Numbered from the stretch's first letter, positions 51,263 to 62,230 are shown. The stretch: DNA of 64,000 nucleotides from Pseudomonadota bacterium (GCA_041165405.1 JBEANL010000002.1:25996-89995); one strand, 5' to 3'. Numbers and translations are program-made. The notes: a model not told the origin generated them from the letters alone.

Positions 51263-51310
51263 TGATATAATTCGACATGAAAATATTGATGGGCTTTAAG
51301 CCCATTTTTT
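51263..51310 (+). promoter_or_regulatory. rimP promoter and rimP-leader terminator/attenuator
   Basis: Extended -10 TGaTATAAT at 51263-51271, then atgggct-tta-agcccat-ttttt before the rimP start; matches the known GGGC/GCCC rimP leader. Confidence 0.7.
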
Positions 51311-51350
51311 GTTTCTGCAACTTAGGTAATTTTAGGAAATCAGCCTTGAG

Positions 51351-51791
51351 ATGGAAAAGCTTGAAACATTAATTGAAAAGACCGTGCAACAGCTCGGATA
51401 CGAGTTGGTCGATTTGGAAATTTCAAATCGCGGCAAGCTTTTGCGAGTTTATATTGATAAACCTGATTCAGTGACGATTGATGATTGTACTTTAGTGAGT
51501 AATCACCTAGGTCGCTTATTTACTGTAGAGCAGGATTTAGATTACGACCGACTAGAGGTGTCATCCCCTGGTATGGATCGTGTGTTAAAGAAATTAGCTG
51601 ATTTTGAACGTTTCAAAGGCGAACGAGCTTCTGTGAAGTTAAGAATGCCTTTAGAAGCGCGTAAAAATTTTTTAGGCATCATTGATGGAACAGAAAAAGA
51701 TACGGTGCTTTTGATGTGCGAGGGTGAGCTTTATCGTTTTGCTTTATCAAATATTGATAAAGCGCGATTGAGCCCAGAATTTAAACGTTAG
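51351..51791 (+). CDS. rimP: Ribosome maturation factor RimP
   Basis: LRVYID, DDCTLVS, LEVSSPGMDR. Confidence 0.96.
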   Translation: MEKLETLIEKTVQQLGYELVDLEISNRGKLLRVYIDKPDSVTIDDCTLVSNHLGRLFTVEQDLDYDRLEVSSPGMDRVLKKLADFERFKGERASVKLRMPLEARKNFLGIIDGTEKDTVLLMCEGELYRFALSNIDKARLSPEFKR

Positions 51792-51813
51792 AAAATGAGT
51801 TGCGGAGATTGAA

Positions 51814-53280
51814 ATGAGTCGCGAGATTTTATTATTAGTAGATGCTTTAGCCCATGAAAAAAATGTGAACAAAGAGGTAGTCTTTGAAGCGTTAGAATCA
51901 GCTTTGGCTTCAGCTACAAAGAAAAAAAATACGGAAGATATTGATGTGCGCGTAGAAATCGATCGTGACACAGGCGAATATAAATCTTTTAGACGTTGGA
52001 CATTTTTAAATGATGATCTCATTGAAAATGAAGATGCTCAAATCTCACTCTTAGATCCTCGCGCTGAAGGTAAAGTTGAAAACGATACAATCGAAGTGCC
52101 TCTTGAGTCTATTGAATTTGGACGTATCGGAGCGCAAGCCGCAAAGCAAGTGATCTTGCAAAAAGTACGTGAAGCTGAAAGAGAGCAAATTTTAGAAGAC
52201 TTCTTAGGTCGTAATGAAAAATTAGTGACAGGTGTGATCAAACGTATGGATCGTGGCAATGGCATTATTGAAGTTGGTCGTATTGAGGCAGTGCTTCCTC
52301 GCGATCAAATGATCCCTAAAGAAAATTTACGTATTGGTGACCGCGTGAGAGCTTATCTTACAAGTGTTGAAAGAAGTCATCGCGGACCGCAATTGATTTT
52401 ATCTAGAACAGCACCTGAATTTCTTGTACGTTTATTTGAACTTGAAGTGCCTGAAATTGAAGAAGGTTTATTAGAAATTAAATCTGCATCACGTGATCCA
52501 GGTTTGCGATCAAAAATTGCTGTAAAAGCAAACGATCAAAGAATTGATCCTGTAGGCACATGCGTCGGCATGCGTGGGTCAAGAGTGCAAGCAGTGACAG
52601 GCGAACTTGCAGGTGAGCGTGTCGATATTGTTTTATGGTCTATGGAGCCAGCACAGTTTGTCATTAATGCCATGGCACCTGCTGAAGTTTCAAGTATTGT
52701 GGTGGATGAAGAAAAACACAGTATGGATGTTGTAGTGAATGAAGAAAATTTAGCGCAAGCGATTGGACGCAATGGTCAAAACGTTCGTCTTGCATCTGAG
52801 CTTACAGGCTGGAATATTAATATCCTAACCGAAGAAGAATCTTCTAAGAAAAATCAAGAAGAATATACAAGTGTAAGTCAGCTATTTATGGCAAAACTTG
52901 ACGTGGATGAAGACGTAGCTGACATTCTTGTGCAAGAAGGCTTTAGCACTCTAGAAGAAGTTGCGTATGTGCCATTGCAAGAGATGGTAGAGATCGAAGC
53001 ATTCGATGAAGATACAGTGAATGAACTTCGCTCGCGTGCGAGAGCAGCCCTTCTGACAGAGGCGATTGCTAAAGAAGAAAAAGTTGAAGAGGCAGCAGAA
53101 GATTTACTTACGATGGAGGGTATGGATGATGCTACGGCAAATCTGCTCGCGTCAAAGGGTATTTCTAAAATGGAAGATCTTGCAGATCTTGCTGTAGATG
53201 AATTAGTTGAAATGACTTCAATGGATGAAGAGCGAGCGAAACAGTTAATCATGACTGCTAGAGCGCCTTGGTTTGTTTAA
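51814..53280 (+). CDS. nusA: Transcription factor NusA
   Basis: [35 protein letters not shown] repeats. Confidence 0.98.
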   Translation: MSREILLLVDALAHEKNVNKEVVFEALESALASATKKKNTEDIDVRVEIDRDTGEYKSFRRWTFLNDDLIENEDAQISLLDPRAEGKVENDTIEVPLESIEFGRIGAQAAKQVILQKVREAEREQILEDFLGRNEKLVTGVIKRMDRGNGIIEVGRIEAVLPRDQMIPKENLRIGDRVRAYLTSVERSHRGPQLILSRTAPEFLVRLFELEVPEIEEGLLEIKSASRDPGLRSKIAVKANDQRIDPVGTCVGMRGSRVQAVTGELAGERVDIVLWSMEPAQFVINAMAPAEVSSIVVDEEKHSMDVVVNEENLAQAIGRNGQNVRLASELTGWNINILTEEESSKKNQEEYTSVSQLFMAKLDVDEDVADILVQEGFSTLEEVAYVPLQEMVEIEAFDEDTVNELRSRARAALLTEAIAKEEKVEEAAEDLLTMEGMDDATANLLASKGISKMEDLADLAVDELVEMTSMDEERAKQLIMTARAPWFV

Positions 53281-53319
53281 CGGCGCATGCAACTTACGAT
53301 GAATATTATGAGGTACTAA

Positions 53320-55818
53320 ATGGGACAATCAACTGTCACTAAATTTGCTGAAGAATTAGGATTGCCTGTTGATTTATTAATCGAACAGCTTAAAAGCGCT
53401 GGCGTAGATAAATCAGCAGCTGAAGATTCATTAACCGAATTAGATAAATCAGCACTTCTTGAGTATCTTCGTAAAGAGCACGGTCAGTCCCAAGCCCCAA
53501 AAAATAAAATCACTTTAACGCATAAACAAAACAAAGAGATTAAAAAAACAGATAGCACAGGACGCGCTCGCACTATTCAAGTTGAGGTGCGTAAAAAACG
53601 TGTGCTCGTAAGACGTGAGGATGGGCAACCTGTTGATACGCCTATTGCAGAACCTAAGCCTATTGAGTCAGTAGCGAAACCTCAAACAAAAGGCCATCTT
53701 CTCGGTGAAGATGAGTTGTCGATGCGTGAAGATGAGGCCAAGCGTCATGCAGCACTTGCAGCAGCGCAAGCCGAAGACATTAGAAAAAAACAAGAAGCAG
53801 TTGCAAAAGTAAATGCAGCGCCAGCAGCTAAATTAAGTGAGGGCACCCTTCATCGCCCTGCTTCTAAAGTGGGGGTTAAAGTCGAGGGTAAAGAAAAGCA
53901 AGTTGATAAGAGTGAGAAAGATTGGTCTGATCGAGAATTTAAAAAACGCACACTAAAAGGCCGAGGAGATTTAAGCGCTGCCTCAGGATGGCGATCACCT
54001 AAATCAAAATCAAAACATCGCGAAGAGAATGAAGAATCAACATTTGTAGCCCCTACCGAACCGATTGTGCGTGATATTCATGTACCAGAAACAATTTCAG
54101 TTGCAGACTTGGCTCATAAGATGTCAGTGAAAGCGACCGAAGTGATTAAGGTGCTGATGAACATGGGCATGATGGTGACGATCAATCAAATTTTAGATCA
54201 AGATACTGGCATGATCGTGGTCGGTGAAATGGGACATAATGCGATTGCAGCTTTAGATAACGATCCTGAAGCGTTGATTGATCAAGACTCAACGGTGGAA
54301 GCTATTTTAGAAACGCGTCCTCCAGTGGTCACTGTCATGGGCCACGTCGATCACGGTAAAACATCGCTCCTTGATTACATTAGAACAACGCGTGTGGCTT
54401 CTGGTGAAGCGGGCGGTATTACACAACATATTGGTGCGTATCATGTGGAAACACCGCGCGGTATGGTGACTTTTTTAGATACACCAGGTCATGAGGCGTT
54501 TACGGCAATGCGTGCTCGCGGAGCTAAAGCTACCGACATTGTTATTTTAGTGGTGGCTGCAGATGACGGTGTGATGCCACAGACTATTGAAGCGATTCAT
54601 CATGCAAAAGCAGGTAATGTGCCACTTGTGGTTGCAATTAATAAAATTGATAAACCTGAAGCAGCGCCTGAGCGCGTGAAAATGGAACTCGTCGCGCAAG
54701 AAGTGGTGCCTGAAGATTTTGGTGGCGATACGATGTTCGTAGAAGTCTCTGCAAAATCAGGACAAGGTATTGATAAATTACTTGAGTCAGTTCTTCTTCA
54801 AGCTGAAGTGTTAGAACTCAAAGCACCTAAAAATACGCCCGCTAAAGGTATTGTGATTGAAGGCCGTTTAGATAAAGGTCGCGGTCCTGTTGCAACGATT
54901 CTTATTCAATCAGGCACATTAAAGCGGGGTGACACACTATTAGCTGGATCAGCTTTTGGTCGTATTCGTGCAATGCTTGATGAAACAGGGAAAGAAATTA
55001 AAGAAGCAGGGCCTTCGATTCCTGTTGAAGTGCTGGGTCTTGCAGACGTACCCAATGCAGGTGAAGAAGTTGTGGTGCTAAATGATGAGCGTAAAGCGCG
55101 TGAAATTGCGCTATTCCGTCAAGGTAAGTTCAGAGATGTGAAGTTAGCAAAACAACAAGCTGCCAAACTTGAAAATATATTTGATCAAATGGCTGAGGGT
55201 AGCGTGAAAGTGTTACCACTCATTATTAAATCCGATGTGCAAGGTTCATACGAAGCGTTATCTACATCACTCCAAAAATTATCAACGGATGAAGTTAAGG
55301 TGAATGTAATTCACATGGGTGTGGGTGCTGTCACTGAATCTGATGTGAACTTAGCGAGTGCATCAAAAGCGATCCTCATTGCATTTAATGTAAGAGCAGA
55401 GGCAGGTGCACGGAAACTAATCGATTCACTTGAGGTTGATGTTCACTATTACAGTATTATTTATGAAGCTGTGGACCAAGTGAAAGCAGCGCTTGGAGGA
55501 TTATTATCGCCAGAACAAAAAGAAAGTGTTATTGGTATGGTTGAAATTCGAGAAGTATTTAAAATTTCTAAAGTGGGTTCTATCGCCGGTTGTTACGTGC
55601 AAGATGGCGTGATTCGAAGAAACTCAATGGTACGCGTTTTAAGAAATAACGTTGTGATCCATTCAGGCGAACTCGACTCATTGAAACGTTTCAAAGATGA
55701 CGTCAAAGAAGTTAAAAATAATTTCGAGTGTGGACTTTCTATTAAAAACTTTAATGAAATTGAAGTCGGCGACATGTTAGAAGTATTCGAAGTGGTTGAG
55801 GTCGCGCGTAAGCTTTAA
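53320..55818 (+). CDS. infB: Translation initiation factor IF-2
   Basis: [36 protein letters not shown]. Confidence 0.99.
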   Translation: MGQSTVTKFAEELGLPVDLLIEQLKSAGVDKSAAEDSLTELDKSALLEYLRKEHGQSQAPKNKITLTHKQNKEIKKTDSTGRARTIQVEVRKKRVLVRREDGQPVDTPIAEPKPIESVAKPQTKGHLLGEDELSMREDEAKRHAALAAAQAEDIRKKQEAVAKVNAAPAAKLSEGTLHRPASKVGVKVEGKEKQVDKSEKDWSDREFKKRTLKGRGDLSAASGWRSPKSKSKHREENEESTFVAPTEPIVRDIHVPETISVADLAHKMSVKATEVIKVLMNMGMMVTINQILDQDTGMIVVGEMGHNAIAALDNDPEALIDQDSTVEAILETRPPVVTVMGHVDHGKTSLLDYIRTTRVASGEAGGITQHIGAYHVETPRGMVTFLDTPGHEAFTAMRARGAKATDIVILVVAADDGVMPQTIEAIHHAKAGNVPLVVAINKIDKPEAAPERVKMELVAQEVVPEDFGGDTMFVEVSAKSGQGIDKLLESVLLQAEVLELKAPKNTPAKGIVIEGRLDKGRGPVATILIQSGTLKRGDTLLAGSAFGRIRAMLDETGKEIKEAGPSIPVEVLGLADVPNAGEEVVVLNDERKAREIALFRQGKFRDVKLAKQQAAKLENIFDQMAEGSVKVLPLIIKSDVQGSYEALSTSLQKLSTDEVKVNVIHMGVGAVTESDVNLASASKAILIAFNVRAEAGARKLIDSLEVDVHYYSIIYEAVDQVKAALGGLLSPEQKESVIGMVEIREVFKISKVGSIAGCYVQDGVIRRNSMVRVLRNNVVIHSGELDSLKRFKDDVKEVKNNFECGLSIKNFNEIEVGDMLEVFEVVEVARKL

Positions 55819-55820
55819 TC

Positions 55821-56168
55821 ATGGTGAATCGATCTTATGCGAGAAGTGATCGCATTTCAGAGCAAATTAAGCGAGAACTCGCAGAGCTGATTCAATCAGA
55901 ACTTAAAGATCCTGCAGTGGGAATGTTGACGATTACTGAAGTGCAAGTCACTCCTGATTTACTTCACGCAAAAATATATTTTACTTCTCCTACAAATGAT
56001 CCTTTGATCATGGAAGGCTTAGAGCGCTCGACAGGATATTTGCGTGCACAATTATCAAAGCGCATGGCAACACGTGGCATACCACAACTTCATTTTGTGT
56101 ACGATACGTCGATTGATGAGGGTATGAAAATTTCTCAACTCATTAAAGACGCACTCCCTCCTCAGTAA
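55821..56168 (+). CDS. rbfA: Ribosome-binding factor A
   Basis: RSDRISEQIKRE, LKDP, PQLHFVYD. Confidence 0.96.
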   Translation: MVNRSYARSDRISEQIKRELAELIQSELKDPAVGMLTITEVQVTPDLLHAKIYFTSPTNDPLIMEGLERSTGYLRAQLSKRMATRGIPQLHFVYDTSIDEGMKISQLIKDALPPQ

Positions 56169-56177
56169 TTTATTTCC

Positions 56178-57080
56178 ATGCAAAAGAAGTCTATGAAGCG
56201 CGAGATTGATGGCGTTTTCCTACTCGATAAACCCCTCGGATTTTCTTCAAATCAAGCGTTAAAAAAAATTCAATGGTTATTTAATGCAAAAAAAGCAGGA
56301 CATACTGGCACCCTTGATCCTATGGCCTCAGGGCTTTTGCCTATTTGTTTGGGGGAAGCGACAAAATTTTCTCATCGTCTTCTTGATGCTAATAAAACTT
56401 ATATCGCAACCATTCAGTTAGGCGTTACGACGACGACAGGTGACCAAGAAGGCGAAGTGGTTTCAGAAAGAAAAGTTATTTTGAATGAGCCTCAAATAAA
56501 AGAAACATTACAAAAATTTTTAGGCGATATTTCACAAATACCCCCTATGTATTCTGCTTTGAAATTTGAAGGAAAGCCTCTCTATGAATATGCGAGAGAA
56601 GGTATTGAAATTGAGCGTAAATCGCGACAAATTAAGATCTACGACATCAATCTTATGAAAATGGATAGTGCCGTCATGACAATTGAAGTTTCCTGCAGCA
56701 AGGGTACTTACATTAGGACTTTGGCAGAAGATATTGGACAAGCATTAGGATGTGGCGCCCATTTAAAGGGATTGGAGCGCACTCAAACGGGTAATTTTCA
56801 ATTATCAGAAGCACTCACAATCGAAGTGCTTGAAGAGATGTCTATGGCCTCTCGAGAGAAAGTATTGTTGCCTACGGATGCTTTACTTGAAGGTTTATCG
56901 TCAGTTAAATTGACCTTGGCTGAAACAGAATTGATTAAAAAAGGGCAAAGTATTGATTTCATTAGTAAAAATGACAAAGAATTGCGGCTATATGGTGCAT
57001 CAGGGCAGTTTGTGGGGGTAGGTCAACCAGACCTTCAAGGACGTCTTTTTCCTAAGCGCTTAATCGCAAATATATTATAA
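56178..57080 (+). CDS. truB: tRNA pseudouridine(55) synthase
   Basis: LDKP, KAGHTGTLDP, PPMYSALK, CSKGTYIR. Confidence 0.98.
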   Translation: MQKKSMKREIDGVFLLDKPLGFSSNQALKKIQWLFNAKKAGHTGTLDPMASGLLPICLGEATKFSHRLLDANKTYIATIQLGVTTTTGDQEGEVVSERKVILNEPQIKETLQKFLGDISQIPPMYSALKFEGKPLYEYAREGIEIERKSRQIKIYDINLMKMDSAVMTIEVSCSKGTYIRTLAEDIGQALGCGAHLKGLERTQTGNFQLSEALTIEVLEEMSMASREKVLLPTDALLEGLSSVKLTLAETELIKKGQSIDFISKNDKELRLYGASGQFVGVGQPDLQGRLFPKRLIANIL

Positions 57081-57088
57081 AAAACATA

Positions 57089-57117
57089 TTGTTAAATCAA
57101 AAGAATCCAATTAAAAT
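57089..57117 (+). promoter_or_regulatory. Sigma70 promoter of rpsO
   Basis: TTGTTA-N17-TAAAAT. Confidence 0.6.
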
Positions 57118-57147
57118 ACGCGGTTCTGAATGAGGAGAAAAGATTAA

Positions 57148-57417
57148 ATGGCATCAACAGCAGCAGAAAGAGCCAAAGTTGTAAGTGAATATCAACAGGC
57201 AAAGAACGACACAGGATCCCCAGAAGTGCAAGTTGCACTTATCACAAGTCGTATTGGTTATTTAACAGAACATTTCAAAACCAATGCAAAAGACCATCAC
57301 TCACGTCGTGGACTTTTAGCGCTTGTAAGTCAACGCAGAAAATTATTAGATTACCTCAAGGGTAAAAATTTAGGTCGCTACCAATCATTGATTGAGCGTC
57401 TTGGTTTACGTAAATAA
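57148..57417 (+). CDS. rpsO: 30S ribosomal protein S15
   Basis: [26 protein letters not shown]. Confidence 0.99.
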   Translation: MASTAAERAKVVSEYQQAKNDTGSPEVQVALITSRIGYLTEHFKTNAKDHHSRRGLLALVSQRRKLLDYLKGKNLGRYQSLIERLGLRK

Positions 57418-57472
57418 TTTTTTAACTATTTAAATTAATTAGTTTAAGAGATTTATTGATTCGTAAGTTTTG

Positions 57473-57518
57473 AAGCCGATTGCAATCCTTTTTTAAAGGA
57501 AGATGCGTCGGCTTTTTT
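57473..57518 (+). terminator. Long stem-loop with U-tract after rpsO
   Basis: aagccga...tccttt-tt-aaagga...tcggctttttt. Confidence 0.7.
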
Positions 57519-57592
57519 ATTGGATGTTAAATGTTAGTAATGTATTCGTTATTAAGAAGTGAATAACGGATGAAAAAAGAAAAGGGTAAATT

Positions 57593-59722
57593 ATGTTTAA
57601 AGCAATTAAGAAAAGTATTCAATTTGGTGCGCACACCTTAACACTTGAAACAGGTGAAATAGCAAGACAAGCAGATGGCGCAGTATTAGTAAGTTATGGT
57701 GATACAGCAGTGTTAGTTACAGTTGTAGGGAAGCGGGATGTTAAAGAAGGCCAAGATTTCTTCCCACTTACAGTTGATTATCAAGAAAAGACATACGCTG
57801 CAGGTAAAATTCCTGGCGGTTTTTTCAAACGAGAAGGACGTCCAAGTGAAAAAGAAACACTCACTTCACGTTTAATTGATCGCCCATTACGTCCTTTATT
57901 CCCGGAAAGTTTTTATAACGAAATTCAAATTGTTGCGATGGTCGTTTCATCTGACAGTGAAATTGATTCTGATATTCCAGCAATCATTGGCGCTTCAGCA
58001 GCATTAGCGATTTCTGGCATTCCATTTTATGGACCGATTGGTGCAGCGCGCGTAGGTTACATTAATGAAGAATATGTCACTAATCCAACAGCTTCACAAC
58101 TAGAAGATAGTGAGCTTGATCTCGTGGTTGCAGCGACAGATTCAGCTGTATTGATGGTGGAATCAGAAGCAAAAGAACTACCTGAAAGCGTCATGTTAGG
58201 TGCCGTGCTTCATGGCCATAAAGAAATGCAAGCTGTGATTAAAATGATTAATGAGTTAGCTAAAGAAGTTGGCAAAGAACCATGGGATTGGGTTGCACCA
58301 GAACCAGATAAAGCCCTTATTAAAAAGATTCATGATTTAGCAGCAAAAGATGTTCACGCTGCATTTCAAATTAAATCAAAAGCCGATCGTTCAGCAAAAC
58401 TAGAAGAAATCAAAAATAAAGTATTCGCTGAATTGATTACTGAAGATACAGATACGATCGAAACAAACAAAATTAAAAATGAATTTTTTAATTTAGAAGC
58501 AAAAACAGTTCGTACACAAATTTTAGATGGTGAGCCACGTATTGATGGTCGAGATACTCGCACAGTAAGACCGATTGCGATTAGATCTGGTGTTCTTCCA
58601 AGAACACATGGTTCAGCATTATTCACCCGTGGTGAAACACAAGCGCTTGTCGTAGCAACATTAGGTACAGGCCGTGATGAACAATCGATTGATGCACTTC
58701 AAGGTGAGTATTCAGATCGCTTTATGCTTCATTACAATATGCCTCCTTATGCAACTGGAGAAACAGGACGTGTAGGTACACCTAAGCGTCGTGAAATTGG
58801 TCACGGTCGACTCGCTAAGCGTGCATTGATTGCTGTACTACCTTCTAAAGAAGATTTTAGTTACACAATTCGTGTCGTTTCTGAAATTACAGAATCTAAT
58901 GGTTCAAGTTCTATGGCATCTGTATGTGGCGGTTGTTTAGCTTTAATGGATGCAGGTGTTCCGATTAAGGCACACGTCGCAGGTATTGCGATGGGTCTCA
59001 TTAAAGAAGGTAATCGTGTTGCTGTTCTAACAGATATCTTGGGTGATGAAGATCACTTAGGTGATATGGACTTTAAAGTAGCGGGTACTGAAGATGGTAT
59101 TACAGCACTTCAAATGGATATCAAAATTACAGGTATCACGACTGAAATTATGCAAGTAGCATTAAGCCAAGCTAAAGAAGGACGTGAACATATTTTAGCG
59201 ATCATGAAAAAAGAAATGAAAGGTAGCCGTCAAGAGCTATCAACATTTGCACCAAGAATTATTACTGTGAAAATTCATCCAGATAAAATTCGCGAAGTGA
59301 TTGGTAAAGGTGGATCAGTGATTAAAGCCTTAACTGAAGAAACAGGTGCGACAATTGATATTGAAGATGACGGTACGATCAAGATTGCTTGTGTTGATGG
59401 TTTGCAAGGCGAAGAAGCTAAACGTCGTATTTTAGAAATCACAGCAGAAATCGAAGTAGGTCAAATCTACGAGGGTACTGTGATTAAGATGCTAGACTTC
59501 GGCGCTATCGTATCTCTTCTGCCCGGTAAAGATGGTTTGCTTCATATTTCACAAATTGCACATCAACGTGTGAATGCTGTGACTGACTTTTTATCTGAAG
59601 GACAAAAAGTTAAAGTGCAAGTAATTGAAGTAGATGATAAGGGTCGTGTTCGTGTCAGCGCAAAAGCATTGATCGAGCCGCCTCCTGCTCAAGAAAAATC
59701 TGAAAGCAAAAAAGAAGACTAA
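57593..59722 (+). CDS. pnp: Polynucleotide phosphorylase
   Basis: [45 protein letters not shown] and S1 domains. Confidence 0.99.
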   Translation: MFKAIKKSIQFGAHTLTLETGEIARQADGAVLVSYGDTAVLVTVVGKRDVKEGQDFFPLTVDYQEKTYAAGKIPGGFFKREGRPSEKETLTSRLIDRPLRPLFPESFYNEIQIVAMVVSSDSEIDSDIPAIIGASAALAISGIPFYGPIGAARVGYINEEYVTNPTASQLEDSELDLVVAATDSAVLMVESEAKELPESVMLGAVLHGHKEMQAVIKMINELAKEVGKEPWDWVAPEPDKALIKKIHDLAAKDVHAAFQIKSKADRSAKLEEIKNKVFAELITEDTDTIETNKIKNEFFNLEAKTVRTQILDGEPRIDGRDTRTVRPIAIRSGVLPRTHGSALFTRGETQALVVATLGTGRDEQSIDALQGEYSDRFMLHYNMPPYATGETGRVGTPKRREIGHGRLAKRALIAVLPSKEDFSYTIRVVSEITESNGSSSMASVCGGCLALMDAGVPIKAHVAGIAMGLIKEGNRVAVLTDILGDEDHLGDMDFKVAGTEDGITALQMDIKITGITTEIMQVALSQAKEGREHILAIMKKEMKGSRQELSTFAPRIITVKIHPDKIREVIGKGGSVIKALTEETGATIDIEDDGTIKIACVDGLQGEEAKRRILEITAEIEVGQIYEGTVIKMLDFGAIVSLLPGKDGLLHISQIAHQRVNAVTDFLSEGQKVKVQVIEVDDKGRVRVSAKALIEPPPAQEKSESKKED

Positions 59723-59744
59723 TTATTTTAAAGAAATTTAAGAC

Positions 59745-59778
59745 AACAAAAAACCCGGGATCTCCCGGGTTTTTTGTT
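59745..59778. terminator. Bidirectional terminator pnp/dksA
   Basis: aacaaaaaacccggga-tc-tcccgggttttttgtt inverted repeat with 16-nt arms. Confidence 0.92.
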
Positions 59779-59790
59779 TCAATAACTTGA

Positions 59791-60459
59791 TTAGCCTGCC
59801 ATTTGTTTTTCACGCATTTCATCAAGCGTTTTGCAATCAATGCAAAGCGTTGCTGTGGGACGTGCTTCCAGACGCTTTAAACCAATCTCTTCGCCACAAC
59901 CAGTGCAATAACCATAATCTTGGCTTTCGATATTTCTTAAAGTCTCTTCAATTTTTTTAATAAGCTTACGTTCGCGATCACGGTTTCTTAGTTCAAGCGC
60001 CATATCTGACTCTTGACTTGCGCGATCATTAGGATCCGCATATGAAGTGAGTTCATCTTGCATCGTATGAACTGTGCGATCGATATCCTGACTTAATTCC
60101 GTTTTCCATTCATTAAGGATTGAACGGAAATGATTAAGTTGGCTTTTGCTCATATAGCTTTCACCTTTTTTAGCTTCATAAGCTCTAAATTGTTTAAGGC
60201 CTTTTTGAGATGAGCTGGTGATTTTAGATTTAAGCGGAACAATTTTTGTTGGTATAGGTTTTTTAGTAATAACTTTTTTAGCTACGACTTTCTTGACCGG
60301 TGCTTTTTTCTTTGCAACAACTTTCTTAGCTGCTACTTTTTTAGGGGCTGCTTTCTTAACCGCCACTTTTTTCGCCACTGGTTTTTTCTTAGCTACGACT
60401 TTCTTGACCGGTGCTTTTTTCTTTGCAACAACTTTCTTAGCTATTTTTTTAACTGCCAT
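59791..60459 (-). CDS. dksA: DksA with Lys/Ala/Val-rich N-terminal extension
   Basis: DPNDRA coiled-coil tip, CTGC...CIDC zinc finger, RLEARP. Confidence 0.95.
   Translation of the reverse strand: MAVKKIAKKVVAKKKAPVKKVVAKKKPVAKKVAVKKAAPKKVAAKKVVAKKKAPVKKVVAKKVITKKPIPTKIVPLKSKITSSSQKGLKQFRAYEAKKGESYMSKSQLNHFRSILNEWKTELSQDIDRTVHTMQDELTSYADPNDRASQESDMALELRNRDRERKLIKKIEETLRNIESQDYGYCTGCGEEIGLKRLEARPTATLCIDCKTLDEMREKQMAG
60278..60442. repeat. Perfect 54-bp direct repeat within dksA 5' region
   Basis: ttagctacgactttcttgaccggtgcttttttctttgcaacaactttcttagct at 60278-60331 and 60389-60442 (period 111). Confidence 0.9.
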
Positions 60460-60556
60460 TTTTTAATCCTAAAGTAAAAACAAATGAAAATAATCGCGAA
60501 AGTTTACACTGATCGACTATGAAAGCAAGATGTAATTAAGGTATTTTTCTGACTAT

Positions 60557-61411
60557 TTATGGGGAAGATAACTTTTGTGCGAAAAGGGTATTTTCCATCA
60601 AAGTAGCTACCGTCATAGGTCCGACTCCTCCTGGAACAGGGGTAATAAAACCAGCTCTTGTTTTAGCGATATCAAACTCAACATCCCCTACTATTTTCCC
60701 GTCATCAAGTCTGCTGATACCAATATCAATCACAATAGCACCTGGTTTAATCCAGCTACCTTTAATAAGTCCTGGTATACCCACTGCCGCCACAACAATA
60801 TCTGCTAATTCAATTTTTTGCTGAAGATGTTGAGTATGGCGATGACATATCGTAACAGTACAGCCTGCTAAAAGAAGCTCTAAGCCCATGGGACGACCAA
60901 CATGATTAGATGCACCGACCACAACTGCGTCAAGCCCTGTTGTTGGGAGTTGAGTGGCTTCGATAAGCTTTATTACGCCATAGGGTGTGCACGATCTTAA
61001 TTGAGGCTGTCTTACTGCTAGTAGGCCAATATTTTTAGGATGGAATCCATCCACATCTTTATGGGGTGAAATAGTCTCAAAAATGACATCATTATTAATG
61101 TGGTCCGGTAAGGGTGATTGAACCAGGATACCATCAACATTGGCATCATTATTTAATGTTTCAATAAGGGTGATGAGTTCTTTTTCAGATGTCGTACTAG
61201 GTAGATCATAAGCAATCGATTTCACGCCGATTTTTTCACAAGCTAAGCGTTTATTTCTTACATAGATAGATGATGCAGGATCTGAGCCTAAAAGGATGAC
61301 AGCTAGACTTGGATTACGAATACCTTTTTTTAATCTCACATCAATTTCTTGTTTAAGAACTTGAAGAAGATTTTCAGCAACTGCTTTTCCATCAATTATC
61401 TTGGCTGACAT
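60557..61411 (-). CDS. folD: Methylene-THF dehydrogenase/cyclohydrolase
   Basis: [36 protein letters not shown]. Confidence 0.98.
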   Translation of the reverse strand: MSAKIIDGKAVAENLLQVLKQEIDVRLKKGIRNPSLAVILLGSDPASSIYVRNKRLACEKIGVKSIAYDLPSTTSEKELITLIETLNNDANVDGILVQSPLPDHINNDVIFETISPHKDVDGFHPKNIGLLAVRQPQLRSCTPYGVIKLIEATQLPTTGLDAVVVGASNHVGRPMGLELLLAGCTVTICHRHTQHLQQKIELADIVVAAVGIPGLIKGSWIKPGAIVIDIGISRLDDGKIVGDVEFDIAKTRAGFITPVPGGVGPMTVATLMENTLFAQKLSSP

Positions 61412-61546
61412 GGATTGATCTATATAAATAAAACATCATTTTAACATATTGGACTTTTAACTATGCCTCATAAGGACTGAATCTTTTGTAAGAACGGTCG
61501 TCGAAGAGTATCATTAATTTAAATTATTTTTTTAAGGGAGTTAACA

Positions 61547-61846
61547 ATGATGAAAAAAAGTTTTTGGTTAGTTTCATTAGCATTAATTTTTGGTTTAAAT
61601 GTACCTGTTTTTGCTGACCATCATGGCACGGGCGAACATTGCAAGATGCATACAAAAAAATCATTTGATGAAGCAGATATTGATCATGATGGAACGCTGG
61701 ATCGTGAAGAAGCAAAAACCGTTTGCAAAGAAGATTTTGATCTTATGGATAAAGACCGTGACGGGACATTAACCAAAGAAGAGCTCAACGCATGTAAGGG
61801 CAAGAAGAGCAAATCAGGCCATAAAAAGACCGCTAAACCAGCGTAA
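61547..61846 (+). CDS. Secreted two-EF-hand protein
   Basis: Signal peptide ending VFA; loops DIDHDGTLDREE and DKDRDGTLTKEE; AAGGGAG RBS. Confidence 0.88.
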   Translation: MMKKSFWLVSLALIFGLNVPVFADHHGTGEHCKMHTKKSFDEADIDHDGTLDREEAKTVCKEDFDLMDKDRDGTLTKEELNACKGKKSKSGHKKTAKPA

Positions 61847-61853
61847 GTAGAAG

Positions 61854-61886
61854 AAATCATGGGGCTTAAGACAGCCCCTTTGATTT
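61854..61886 (+). terminator. Stem-loop after EF-hand gene
   Basis: aaatca-t-ggggct-taagac-agcccc-tt-tgattt. Confidence 0.6.
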
Positions 61887-61913
61887 GACCTAAACCCTTA
61901 ATTAGGCTATATT
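61885..61913 (+). promoter_or_regulatory. Sigma70 promoter of tRNA operon
   Basis: TTGACC-N17-TATATT followed by a C-rich discriminator just before tRNA-Pro. Confidence 0.75.
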
Positions 61914-61921
61914 CTCGCCCT

Positions 61922-61998
61922 CGGGGTGTAGCGTAGCCTGGTAGCGCGCCTGCTTTGGGAGCAGGATGTCGGGAGTTCGAATCTCTCCACCCCGACCA
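61922..61998 (+). tRNA. tRNA-Pro(TGG)
   Basis: cggggtg/caccccg acceptor, cctgc-tt-tgg-ga-gcagg anticodon arm, TTCGAAT loop, CCA. Confidence 0.97.
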
Positions 61999-62061
61999 GA
62001 TTTAGCATCTTACTTACTATAGAAAAAAAGGATTTTCTGTAACACGCTTTGTGTTGTTAAG

Positions 62062-62138
62062 CTGCCCGTAGCTCAACTGGATAGAGCACCAACCTTCTAA
62101 GTTGGGGGTTACAGGTTCGATTCCTGTCGGGCAGGCCA
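62062..62138 (+). tRNA. tRNA-Arg(TCT)
   Basis: ctgcccg/cgggcag acceptor, ccaac-ct-tct-aa-gttgg, GGTTCGATTCC, CCA. Confidence 0.97.
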
Positions 62139-62153
62139 ATTTCATAGTTCATT

Positions 62154-62230
62154 GGTGGCTGTAGCTCAGTTGGTAGAGTCCAGGATTGTGATTCCTGTTG
62201 TCGTGGGTTCGAGCCCCATCAGCCACCCCA
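62154..62230 (+). tRNA. tRNA-His(GTG) including G-1
   Basis: g-gtggctg/cagccac-c-cca, cagga-tt-gtg-at-tcctg, GGTTCGAGCCC. Confidence 0.97.

Noticed and set aside
137-61715. Numerous short alternative-frame or antisense ORFs in the track (e.g. 345-641, 3399-3737, 10548-10979, 15607-15963, 52878-53252, 60218-60466)
   Set aside because: They lie within or opposite well-supported genes and show no recognisable motifs; 60218-60466 is simply the antisense of the dksA Lys repeats
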